A stretch of DNA of 63,008 bases, the filler included, from Peribolospora baueri (Eukaryota): assembly GCA_029717555.1 (NCBI GenBank). It is 3 parts of 3 records of this genome, joined end to end, with 100 filler letters (N's around TTAATTAATTAA, not from the genome) between each part and the next. Parts side by side here need not be neighbours in the genome. Positions count along the whole stretch, not along the records: positions 1 to 24,164 come from JAMDHS010000150.1; positions 24,265 to 47,838 come from JAMDHS010000151.1; 1 more part is not named here. One strand, 5' to 3'. Below the pieces are notes generated by a model, which worked only from the letters and a program-made list of their open reading frames with translations, did no database searches and had not been told where the DNA came from. Each line of letters opens with the position of its first letter. Position 1 is the stretch's first letter. Positions 15,279-26,044 of this stretch are shown in pieces. Made by a program: the position numbers and the translations under genes.

Positions 15279-16792
15279 ACGCCACAGCCGACGTATGGTC
15301 TCGTGGACCTGGGTCTTGAGTCCATGGCGGTAATCGTAGAAGAGGGCGGTCTTGCCATAGTCTGGACCCTGTCTGCGAGTGCGCAGAACTCGGTGGAGTA
15401 ATCGCGGGCTGACTCGGTCTGTCGGAGAGTAGCGACAAGTTCTTCCACGAGCTCTGCAAACAACTCAAGATCAAAAGCAGTGAGCACGGCATATCATCCT
15501 GAATCGGACGGCCAAACAGAACGAACGAATCAGACACTCAAGCAATACTTGCGAGTGGACGTCAACCACTTGCAAGACAATTGGTTCGACTTGCTCCCCA
15601 TTGCCCAGTTTGCATACAACAACGTAAGTCAATCTTCGACGTCTCATTCGCCGTTCTTCCTCAACTACAACTTTCACCCACGCACCGATTTCACGCCTCT
15701 ACCGTCTGACGTCCCTGCTACCACAGATCATCTGCAGAAGCTCAAGGATGCCCATGCAACCGGCTGTTGTTCGATGACAGGACGGACTGCACGGCGTCGC
15801 TTGGGTGTGTTCGGCCTGTCCGGGTACGCTGAATGGAAGTCGATAACTGCTGGTGCGTCGTTGGACAAGTCTGATGCTGGAACCTATTGACGATCCGCTA
15901 CACCGAATCCCTTATAATGGACGAAATACTCGAGCTTGCGCCTGCGGAACCGAGAATCCAGAATGCGTTCGACGAGATAATGCTTCTCGCCGTCGACGAG
16001 CTCGGGAAGTGGAGGCGGCGGCTCGATTTGACGTGCTGGGATGGTGTTGGCGTGGTAGGGTTCTAGGAGTGAAACATGATAAGACGTTGTGCATAAGGTA
16101 GCCCCGTGGCAGCTGAAGACGGAATGCGCTACGACCGATGGGCTCCAGAATCTTGAACGGGCCGATGAAGCGATGATATAAGCACTGAGATGGTCTGTGA
16201 GATGGCAGATGATCGCGACGAAGGAGAACTTCCTGGCCCGGTTCGAAGAAGGGAGCGTCCTTCCGTAGTCGGTCAGCGTAGTGAACAGCGCGGGACTTTG
16301 CCTGCGCGAGGGCGTACATGGCGGTAGCATGGGCAACCCTGAACTTCTGCAGATGATCTGTGGCAGCAGGGACGGCAGACGGTAGAGGCGTGAAATCGGA
16401 GCGTGGGTGAAAGCTGTAGTTGAGGTAAGAACGACGATTGACTTGCGTTGCTGTATGCAAACTGGGCAATGGGGAGCAAGTCGAACCAATTGTCTTGCAA
16501 GTGGTTGACGTACACTCGCAAGTATTGCTTGAGTGTCTGATTCGTTCGTTCTGTTTGGCCGTCCGATTCAGGATGATATGCCGTGCTCACTGCTTTTGAT
16601 CTTGAGTTGTTTGCAGAGCTCGTGGAAGAACTTGTCGCTACTCTCCGACAGACCGAGTCAGCCCGCGATTACTCCGCCGAGTTCTGCGCACTCGCAGACA
16701 GGCTCCAGGACTATGGCAAGACCGCCCTCTTCTACGATTACCGCCGTGGACTCAAGACCCAGGTCCGCGAGACCATACGACGGCTGTGGCGT
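15279..16792. mobile_element. Degenerate Ty3/gypsy chromovirus relic (gag, integrase, chromodomain) arranged as a long inverted repeat
   Basis: [24 protein letters not shown] appears twice in opposite orientations. Also present are FIGPFKI (GPY/F), chromodomain [32 protein letters not shown] and gag [14 protein letters not shown]. Stops and frameshifts throughout. Confidence 0.9.
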
Positions 16793-17561
16793 TCGAGTTG
16801 CTCGCTTCCTTCTTAGATGAAAAGGGCATCGTTGATAGAGATATTCAGAGAGTTCAAGTCCTCGAGAGTAGTGGAGCCTCTGCTGCCCAGGGCGGCGATA
16901 GGAAACGACTACGATGGAGGGGGAGAAAACCTCGGAGCTCAGAGGGGTAAGAGAATAGCGAGTCGAGCGCGAACACAGTTGGACAAGGGGGTGAGTCGCA
17001 GCTCGATGGGGAGCCGCCGCCTGGCGCGCTCCCGAAGGGACGGAGAACGCTGAACGCTCGGGGAGAGAGGAGGGCTGTGACGCAGCGCACAAAGTCCTAG
17101 ACGATGCGATGTCGCTGGCATGGCAGTACCGTTGTTGCGGACAAGCGCGATGTTCAAGGCAGAGCGGCGTACTCAACCGTGAGCGCGCTCGTGGTCGATG
17201 GCGACGCAGTTCTTAGTAATGTGTCTGCACGTGGTGCTACTGATCATCCCCCGCAGCCAGCGACCACATGGAGACCCGGCCCGCCCCCAACTTGGTCAGA
17301 TAGATTACCGGTGGCCGGCGGGGGCAGCATGGGCTAACTGAGTTTGGGAGGAAACATTTTCCGGAATGCTGAACGGCACAACAGATTCTGTGAGATGTCG
17401 TACAAGATCCACACGGTCGTATACGGTCAAAAACAAAACGCGCCGGTGCAACGAGGTGCCATCCTTACTGCACCGGGCAGCAGGCATGCGAGAACGGCGC
17501 ACCGCCACGGGACGGGCGGCTCAAGTCAAGTGATGCGGGGCTGATGAAACGGCTCGAAGGC

Positions 17562-18642
17562 TCAGAGGGCCTTGGCGAACTTGAGTGCCGCCGGCGAGCT
17601 AGCCGTGCGGTGGAACACGGTGCGGTCGCGAGGGGGAAAAACGAAGCAAATCAGTGTCCGTCCGACTCGTATTCCCGACATCCACTCACCTCTCCGCAGG
17701 CTTGACCCCAACGCTGGCGAGGGCCACCTTGCCGTCCTTGTCGATCACGAAGTGAGAGCGCTTCGTGCTGGCCGCCGTGCCGGTGAGGACCTTGATAAGG
17801 TCTCGCTTCGGGTCCGAGAGGAGCGTGTAGGCGAATTTGTTCTGCATACGCGCAAGGACGGCTCAGTTCAAGGCGGGGGCCAGACAAATGGAAGAGCGGC
17901 GGGCGACGGCCGGGACGGGGCGGCGTCCACAGCTAGAACAAAGCAAAGCAGAAGGCGTACCTTGGCCTTCCAGCTCGCTAGACTCTTGGGCGAGTCGTTC
18001 GACAGACCTGTTTTGGCCAGATATAGACAGACGCGGGCACGTGGGTCCATGAGTGGAAACGAAAGCAGAACGAGGACCTGGCCATTGCTCCCGACACGAT
18101 GGTAACGATGCGAGCGATAAACTCACCATACACGGCGAACCCGGCCGCCTTCCAATCCTCGTACGTGTCGCGGTAAGTGCAAGCCTGGGTGTTGCACCCT
18201 GTCGAGCGCGTCCAATCCGGTTAGCCAAATTTCCGGCGAAGGAGTCGGTCCGGCCTGGTCAGCTGTCCGACGGAGAGGACGAGTGCTCACCGGGAGTGTT
18301 AGCCTTGGGATAGAGGAACACGACGGCGTTTTTGATATCGGATACGCGGACCTCGTTCTCCTCCTCGTCCTTGAGCGTCATCTCGGGCAACGCGTCCCCG
18401 ACCTTTGCAGCGCCGCCTTCGGGGACAGCCTCCTCCTTCTTGGCCTTCTTGCTCGTAGCGTCTCCGCTGGCGGCTGCGGCCTTCCCATTAGACGAGGCTG
18501 CCTTCTCCGTGCCTTGTCCTTCCGCCGGGCGCTTCTTTGCGGCAGGAGGCGCAGCGACTTCAGTAGACGGCGGCGCCTTGGACGAGAGGCGCAAAGACCG
18601 ACGGGGCGGCTCGGTGGGAAGGGACGTGGACTTGGGTGCCAT
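17562..18642 (-). CDS. DOT5: Peroxiredoxin Q/BCP (Dot5-like) with basic N-terminal extension
   Basis: KVGDALPEMTLKDEE, FLYPKANTPG|CNTQAC-type active site split by an intron, and a C-terminal SPAALKFAKAL*. Confidence 0.85.
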
Positions 18643-19071
18643 GTCAAATGTGCAGGCGAGCGCTTCTCAGAGAAAGGGCCAGCAGTGTCGAAAAGGCGAA
18701 AAGGAAGGAATGGGAGCGCGGACGAGGACGAGGGCGAGGCCGCCTCGTAGACGCTCGCGCTGCTAGTCAAGGCGGCCCGGCGACGCGGTGGACGCGACAA
18801 AACATTCTAGCGATCGGCCACGGGGGGTTATGTAAGCAGCCTTCAACGCCTGCTCTTCGAGTCCATCGACAACGTTCCGGGGGGACGGGGTAGTCTACGG
18901 CACCCGACGGGCAAGACTTTTTAAGAAATACGGTTCTATATCGAATTCTGGCACTCGTACTCGAAAATTGCAGCTTGTGTGTGCATTTATACTGGAGAAG
19001 GGCCCGTACGACCGGGCGATGCGAGACGAACGAAGGTGTCCGAACCTGCCCTTCGTGGGAAAAAGCCATAT

Positions 19072-20424
19072 CTATGCAACGTATTCAGGCGTGCTCGGGT
19101 CAAAATCGATCCGCTCTTGGACCTGTGGTAGGCACAAGTAGGGGCCGGAAAAAACGGTGAATGGACGGGCGGCTCGACCAGAGTAATCACGGCAGGGCGC
19201 GACGTCGCCCACGACTCACGCTCCCATCGTTGCGCTTGACCGTGATCGTTCCGTCGTCGTTGCCAAAGTACGCCGCCTTGACCATATTGCAGAAGAGGCC
19301 GACTTCGAGGACGCCGGTGAGCAGTTTGACCCTGTGCCACCGTCAAGACCGAACGAGTGAGTCCCACATGCCCTCGTCATCGCCTTGCACGTACACCGCC
19401 CGTTGACCCACCTCGTCAAGAGTTCGTTCGGATCGAGCATGTACGACTCTGGGAAAGGTGCGTCGATCACAAAGTTGCTGTGCAGGACGACGAGCAGACT
19501 CGCTCAGTTCCATAACACCGACCGGCCGGGAGGAATTCAGGCACACCCACCCGTTGTCCGTAACCACCGGACCGGCCTTCGCTTTGCCCATCCGCAATTT
19601 GGCGTCGATGGATCCAAGTCTCTTCAAGTTTTGCAACACCTTGGCGTACGCGAAGGGCGCCACTTCGATCGGCACGCCCTGCAACCAGTTCCGACCCAGG
19701 ACGGACGAGTTTTTGCGGTAGTCGGCGACGATGACAAACTCCCTCGCTGCTTCGGCGAGCACCTTTTCGCGCAGGTGACATGCGCCCCCGCCTTTGATGC
19801 AGTTCAGGTCATTGTCCACCCTGTGCGAGCAAGACTTAAGAGTTAGGAAGGCAGGTTGAAGATATGACGCTGCGCACCAGACTCACTCGTCAGCGCCGTC
19901 GATGGTGACGTCGATGGAGGGAAAGATGTCGATATCACCGAGGTTCAGACCTGGTCGGAGAAGAGAAGGATAGATGAGTGGCTCATGGTCGCTGGTGCGC
20001 TCGAACGAGCCGACGTGACGACTGACCGGCCTCGAGAATCAAGTCCTTGGACTGGAAACCAGTCGGGACGAACCAGCGTTTCTGGTTAACCTCGGGTCCC
20101 TGAGATTTGATCCGGTCAACGACGTAAGGCACGGTCGAACCTGCGCGTGAAGGAGCGGTAACGACGTGAACGAGACCGGCCGTGACTCGAATGTCCACAG
20201 CTCGCCATACTTTCGTTCGAGAGACGTTTTTCTCTCTTTGACATTTCGCCTCAGCGACCGCCATCGGGCACCTCGCGACGCTCACCGCTACCGATGCCGA
20301 TCACTTTGTGCTCCCTCTTGACGTGGTTGTCCACCGCCGCGTAGGCCGCACTCTTCTTGGCCTGCTCGATGGCGCTCAACGGGTCGATGTCCTGGGAAGC
20401 CGGAGTCTGATAGGGCTGCGACAT
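19072..20424 (-). CDS. RKI1: Ribose-5-phosphate isomerase A (multi-exon)
   Basis: [47 protein letters not shown] and GVLEVGLF. Confidence 0.93.
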
Positions 20425-21062
20425 GGCGGGCACAGCGGCGGGGGGCTTCCTACGGGACAGGGGCGAACTGGAGACGAAGAGTCGGGACCGCGCAGCGAGG
20501 GTGCTGTTGAGGCAGCCGGCTCGAGCGGATGAGGTCAGGAGCGGATGAAAAGATTGGTGCACGGCCGACGCCGAAGGGGGAAGGCGGGGAAGCAAAATGA
20601 TGGCGAGGTGGGAATGAGAGGCGAGGGAGAGAGGCGAGGGAAGGACTGGCTGTTGGCTGACGACGGCAAAGGTGTGGAAAGAGTGATCGGTCGGATGTAG
20701 TTTTCCTACGTTTAAAATGACTAATAAGGGGCACGTCGCCTATCTCGACGAACGCTTTGCACGAACGTTTCGCACGAACGCTTCGGGACAAATTCCTTTC
20801 CTCGCAGCGCAGACAGAGGCAAGCCATGACAGACATCGAGTCGTCCAACTGGCAATTTTGGTCGTCGCGGCACGGTCAACGCGTGAGGGAGACGACGAGA
20901 CTCATCACTTTTAACGGCAGCACCTCAGTCTACTCCAATGCGGGACCGGACGGCTCTCTTCGAAACAGCGCCGTTGTCATGAGGGAGAAGAGATCATGAT
21001 GCGAGGAAGGGGACGAGGTTGCATGTACATAGGCAAAATCCCAAAGCATACGTGAACGCAGC

Positions 21063-21635
21063 CTACTCGGCATCGACGATGGTCGTCTGGAGACCCTGCG
21101 GGCGCGAAAGCGGGGAGGGAAGCCGGGGGCGGGAGGTGGTCAGAGGAGGCACCGCGACTCTCGTCCCGATTCGACGCCTGGAAACCCACCTTGACGTTGG
21201 TCATACCAGGGACGACGGTGACGTACGTGTAGAGCTTCTCCTTGGCGTCCTCGTCGTCGTTGCGCTTGCCTGTAGAGGGGGCAGAACGAGGCAGGCACGC
21301 AGATGAGTACGCCGGCCCTCTGTGGCTTTTTCTCGCAAGCCGCCGCTCCCTCGTTCGCCACGTCCGCGCCGACACTCACGGTCAAGTCTGACCCGAAGCC
21401 TCCTCGGCACGTCCTTGATCCCCTCCTTCCAGATCTCCTTGTTCAGCTTGGGGTCCAGGCGCACGTCCTTGGTACCCATCGTCTTTTGCGCAAACTCGAT
21501 GACCGCCTTAACGCCTCGCGGGGCACGCTTCTTGAACTGGACGTCGTGTACGCGCTTGTGAAGGTGGATGGTGTACTCGCGCGACACCACGTCCTGGAGC
21601 GCCGAGCGCTGCTTGCGCTGCTTTTGAGGGGCCAT
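21063..21635 (-). CDS. RPL31: 60S ribosomal protein eL31 (3 coding exons; 5'UTR intron 21636-21697)
   Basis: [38 protein letters not shown] and [26 protein letters not shown] intron lies directly before the ATG. Confidence 0.95.
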
Positions 21636-22361
21636 CTGCAGACGGGAGTTGGTTAGCCTTTGTGTTCTTACCGCCCTTCGGCCCTCTTGACACTCACTTT
21701 GTCGGTCTTGTCGTCGGTCTGTACGTCGTCGACTCGGACGCTCGACTCGGACGGGACCCATCCCTCTCGCCTACGAACCCTGCTGCGGCCGTTCAGTGAG
21801 AGCACCCCGAGTGCGCGAGCGTGCACAACGCTGTACAGCTCCAGCGCGTTGCCACATGCGCGCATCCCCGCTCCAAAGCTGCGGCACCCACTTTTCTTCT
21901 CCACCATGTCCGCCCATCCCCGTTACACCGTTCGTTGCCTTTGTCGCACTCGCACGATCGTTCCGTACCCTCGCGTGCACACGGGTCTGCCTCCCATGCG
22001 ACGCTCGTCTCCGCCTTTGCTTCGCCTTTCTCCGATAACACCGTTTCTACTCTACCGCACAACGAAACAGAACCAAACGTGTGACGCGTCGCTGAAATGC
22101 TACGGCTCCTCGCCGCCCAGGCTCCGTTAGCTCGCCGCGGCGCATTCGCGCAACCCAAAGACAAACAGAAATTCACCTCTTGCAAACTCTCCGCGCGAAA
22201 AATACCTTGCAAGTAACCCGCGCCCTACTCATACACGATCCACTTTCCCAATCTAGCCACTTGGACCGTTGCGCGGCGATCTGACAACTGTCGCATTCGA
22301 ACCCATGTAGACCACTCCGAAAAGCGCGCCGCCACGACGCCCCGCAAAAAATGAATAAATC

Positions 22362-22440
22362 TGATGAGAGTGGGATTCCAACCTACGCCCGAGCGACTTG
22401 GGCGTCGTGGTCCTTAGTCTGTCACTTTAGAACGCTCAGC
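22362..22440 (-). pseudogene. Degenerate tRNA-Leu(AAG)-like remnant
   Basis: Minus strand reads GCTGAGCGTTCTAAAG (D-arm-like), GACTAAGGA (anticodon loop) and GGGCGTAGGTTGGAATCCCACTCTCATCA (T-arm plus acceptor), then a T-run. The 5' acceptor strand is missing and the B-box is mutated. Confidence 0.55.
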
Positions 22441-24164
22441 ACGAAAAAGCCCCCGACACTGGGATCGCGCCTAAATTGATTCATCTGCTCAACATTAAAC
22501 TCGATCAACATTCCTCCAGCGCTGCCGTAAGGCCGGCTTCATCAGCACGCTCAAGAGCGCGGTCCTTGATGGCCACGAGCCACGCGGTCCGGTCCTCCCG
22601 CGACCTGGGCGGCGGGCCTACAGCGTCCCGTTCTTGCTCCACGACCCCGATCATCGGCTTTGCGAGGAAGATGACGTGGAGCAAACCCAGACGTAAGCGC
22701 GGGTTGTACCGCACGCGTCCAGTATGTATTTGGGCGACGCAGAGGGCGACGTGGTGTGGCGCCGGACCATAGGTGAGAACGGTGATCGTGCCCACTTCGG
22801 ACGTCCAGTCCCAACAGTCAAGCTCATGCCACACACTCCTTCCACCGTGTCGTCGTCCGCGAACTCCGGGAGCGCGGTCCCAGAGAGAAAGGCGTCTCGA
22901 TTCCTGAGCGCATCGAGCGCGCGCAGGATCAGCTCCGTCCGCAAGACGTGTGTCCCCCGACCCGTTTGAGGTGGCCAGCCGGGCCGCTTCGCGTCCCAGC
23001 ATAGCAGAGGTCTCGGTCATCGCTGACGATATCCTCCTCTGTGATGTCCTTGAGGGCGGTGACCGTCCCGGAGGGCACAGCCCTCCTTGAGGCCATGGAC
23101 ACGATGTCCTCAAAAGTGTTGGGCCCGGCGATGCGACCGACCTGGTGTGACGGCGCCGAGCGGAGGAAGGCTAAATGCTTTTGTTGATGATAGTGGAGTG
23201 GTAGACGAATTCCGTCCGCGTCGTCCACCACTCCACTTCCTCGTCTGCTTCCCGTTGCAGCACGATGCGGTGAGCGGCCTGTTTCGCAGACTTGGCTTCA
23301 TCAACCCCGGCTCTGGCGAAGCGGGTTGTTCGCCAGGCGGCGACTGATGGCGGTGGGGTTGGTTGAGAAGTCCGACATGTTGAGGACGAGGAGGAGGACG
23401 AGGAGGAGGACAAGGAGGAGATAAGGGAGAGAGATGAGATTGAGGGCGAGAGATAAGAATGAGGGCGAGAGAGGAGAATGAGGGAGAGATGAGGATGAGA
23501 GAGAGATGAGAATGAGCGAGAGATGAGGACGAGGACGAGGACGAGGGAGGGGAGGGCCAGAAAGTCGCCGGAAAGAGGGCGGTGGGACGCGTGGCCTCTC
23601 ACTTCCCCAACGGCCCCTGGGCCGTTGGGAAGGCTGCCTCTCCCTTTGCACCTGGTCACCCTCGAATTTCGCCAAACTCGAGCTCGTCCCCTTTTGCCCA
23701 CCTTTGACCACAGCCGCACAAGCACCTTCGCAGGTTCACGACGTCGAACCTGCCTTCAAGCTCTACTTTGTCCTCGACTGGTCTGTGCATGCCGAACTAA
23801 AGCTTTTTGCTCACCCTTTCATCCCTTCGACCGCAGCCGCACAAGCACCTCCTTGCATCAGGACGTCATGGCACAGCCTGACTTTGCCCTCGACTGACGC
23901 GCATATAGCCTGCTTTTCAGCCGGCTGCAGTTCAGCTGATCCTAGCTCGACTTTGCCGGCTGCAGTCGAGTTGATCATTGCGCTCTCGTCGCGCTTTAGA
24001 ACATGAGGTCGGTTTCCAGCCGGGCCTTGGAGTGCTCCACAGAAACGGCGGTGGCTCGGCGGAGGCTTGCGCTGCCGCCCATCGCGCCGACGACGTGGGA
24101 CGGGCCCTTCGTGTGGGACGACGGTGAGCGTGCGCCCATGTACGACGGTCGAGAACTGTGTGCG

Positions 24165-24264
24165 NNNNNNNNNNNNNNNNNNNNNNNNNNNNNNNNNNNN
24201 NNNNNNNNTTAATTAATTAANNNNNNNNNNNNNNNNNNNNNNNNNNNNNNNNNNNNNNNNNNNN
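24165..24264. other. Assembly gap with artificial TTAATTAATTAA spacer
   Basis: N-run flanking an all-frame stop linker. Confidence 0.98.
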
Positions 24265-24739
24265 AGCGGTAGACCTCACTCCCGATGGACATTCTGACCG
24301 GCCTGGGTTCCTCAACAACCTCGGCAATTCGCTGCGAATGCGCTTTGAGCGCGTCGGGGACACCGCCGACCTCGACGCTTCCATCTCGAATCTAAAGCAA
24401 GCGGTAGACCTCACTCCCGATGGACATTCTGACCGGCCTGGGTTCCTCAACAACCTCGGCAATTCGCTGCGAATGCGCTTTGAGCGCGTCGGGGACACCG
24501 CCGACCTCGACGCTTCCATCTCGAATGTAAAGCAAGCGGTAGACCTCACTCCCGATGCACATTCTGTCCGGCCTAGGCACCTCAACAACCTCGGCATTTC
24601 GCTGCGAATGCGCTTCGAGCGCCTCGGGAAGAGGAACCCAGGCCGGACAGAATGTCCATCGGGAGTGAGGTCTACCGCTTGCTTTACATTCGAGATGGAA
24701 GCGTCGAGGTCGTCCATGTCCCCCGGGGCGCTCGAAGCG
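24265..24739. repeat. 135-bp (45-aa) near-identical TPR repeats of the fungal TPR-CHAT protein type: about 2.7 units on plus and one inverted unit on minus
   Basis: AVDLTPDGHSDRPGFLNNLGNSLRMRFERVGDTADLDASISNLKQ starts at 24266, 24401 and 24536. A reverse-complement copy lies at 24631-24739. Confidence 0.85.
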
Positions 24740-25047
24740 TGTTTACACAGGGGTGCCAACCTTGCGTTTGAGGCCCTGGAAGTGTGCTCGCAGAGAAGTG
24801 CGAAGGTGTTAGAGCAGGTTGGATCGGGTCGGTCCTCGACATGAATGAAGTAACAATGCTTCCGCTGTCGCCACACCTATCTCAGTGAAATTGAATTATC
24901 CCTGCAGATACGAACCTGTCACGAGGCGGTGCCGGTGGAAAGCACAGCCGGGCCCCGGCAGTACTGTTCCGAGTATTTGAGCGCCACAGACGGCCACCTC
25001 CCACTTCCATCTCCCTATCTACTAACCCTCCAGCACATCCGACGACA

Positions 25048-26044
25048 ATGATGCTCTCTAGGCTGTTCGACAAACCCACCGAGGGTCGCAAGTACGCTGA
25101 CCTGTTGTTTCGAATCCACGCCATGCTGGCAAGCTTCGAGCCTTGGAGACAGATCGAGGTGGGCGACTACGGCGTGGTGGAACGGGAAACCGGACGGTTC
25201 CTGAAGCACGGCAACATCTACGAAGAGGGCATCGCGGACGAGCATGGGATCGAGCGTCCTCGCGAGCATGGCAAGGCGGACTCTATACACTGGGTATCGG
25301 AGGGGGTCAAGGGTGGTAGGACAGACCTGGGCATGGAAGGGTGAGCTTGGGTGGCCATTGGGGAGCAACGAAAAACACTTCTAATACGTTCTGTCGGCGT
25401 GCTGTGCTGGCTGATTTCTGTTGACTCTTCACAGGGGCATACCCGCCGTGGCAAGTGCTAAACTGGCGCTGGATTTCAAGTTTGACAAGAAAAAGAGCGC
25501 GGTACTGGTCATGGTGGAACCTCGATTGACGGCGATCGAACAGGAAAGAAAGCTTCGAGGACTGGTGGAGGACGCGAGAGTGAAAGACAAGGTGCTGGTG
25601 ACGGAACGGTACGCTTGCGCGGCAGTTGCGCTTATCCTCGGGGGTGAGAAGGGTCGTGAAGCGACGGCGGCGGTCAAGTTCGAAATACCAATTGGTCCAG
25701 GAGTGGGGGTGAGTGCTGGGGCGGAGCAAGGGTGGCACTGGAGCTGCTCAGTGGGGAGCTGGCATGTGGGGACGGATGCGAAGATGGAGCCGAAGTTCTA
25801 TCGTGAGTATGGAATGGAGAGGGGTTCCGTGTTCGGAGTTGGCGCGAGGCTGACTTGTATCTCGTGTATATCTCCTGTCTTGGCGGCGGTTACAGCGCTG
25901 TGTCGTCTGAAAGCGGTGAGATCTGGACTGTACTCGACAGAACAACGGGCAAGTCCCGTGCCGGACGACAAGCTTGCAGATTTCGTTCCTCCGTGGGGCG
26001 AGTTGGACGAGGAGGGGGAAGAGGTGGAGTGCGATATGGATTAA
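25048..26044 (+). CDS. 269-aa protein, candidate gasdermin-like pore former (exons 25048-25340, 25435-25802, 25896-26044)
   Basis: Two canonical GT-AG introns splice to an uninterrupted 810-nt frame. Motifs are FEPWRQIEVGDYG..TGRFLKHGNIY, alternating beta-strand segments, FYPLCRLK and an acidic tail PPWGELDEEGEE. The gene model is solid, but the fold is inferred. Confidence 0.7.

Noticed and set aside
22505..23378. Fragmentary minus-strand ORFs
   Set aside because: They are interrupted by stops and frameshifts and no family was recognised.
24209..24220. TTAATTAATTAA palindrome (also near 47883)
   Set aside because: It is an artificial scaffolding linker between N-runs.
24265..24630. Regular direct repeats as a possible CRISPR array
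   Set aside because: These are contiguous 135-bp coding TPR units without spacers, in a eukaryotic context.
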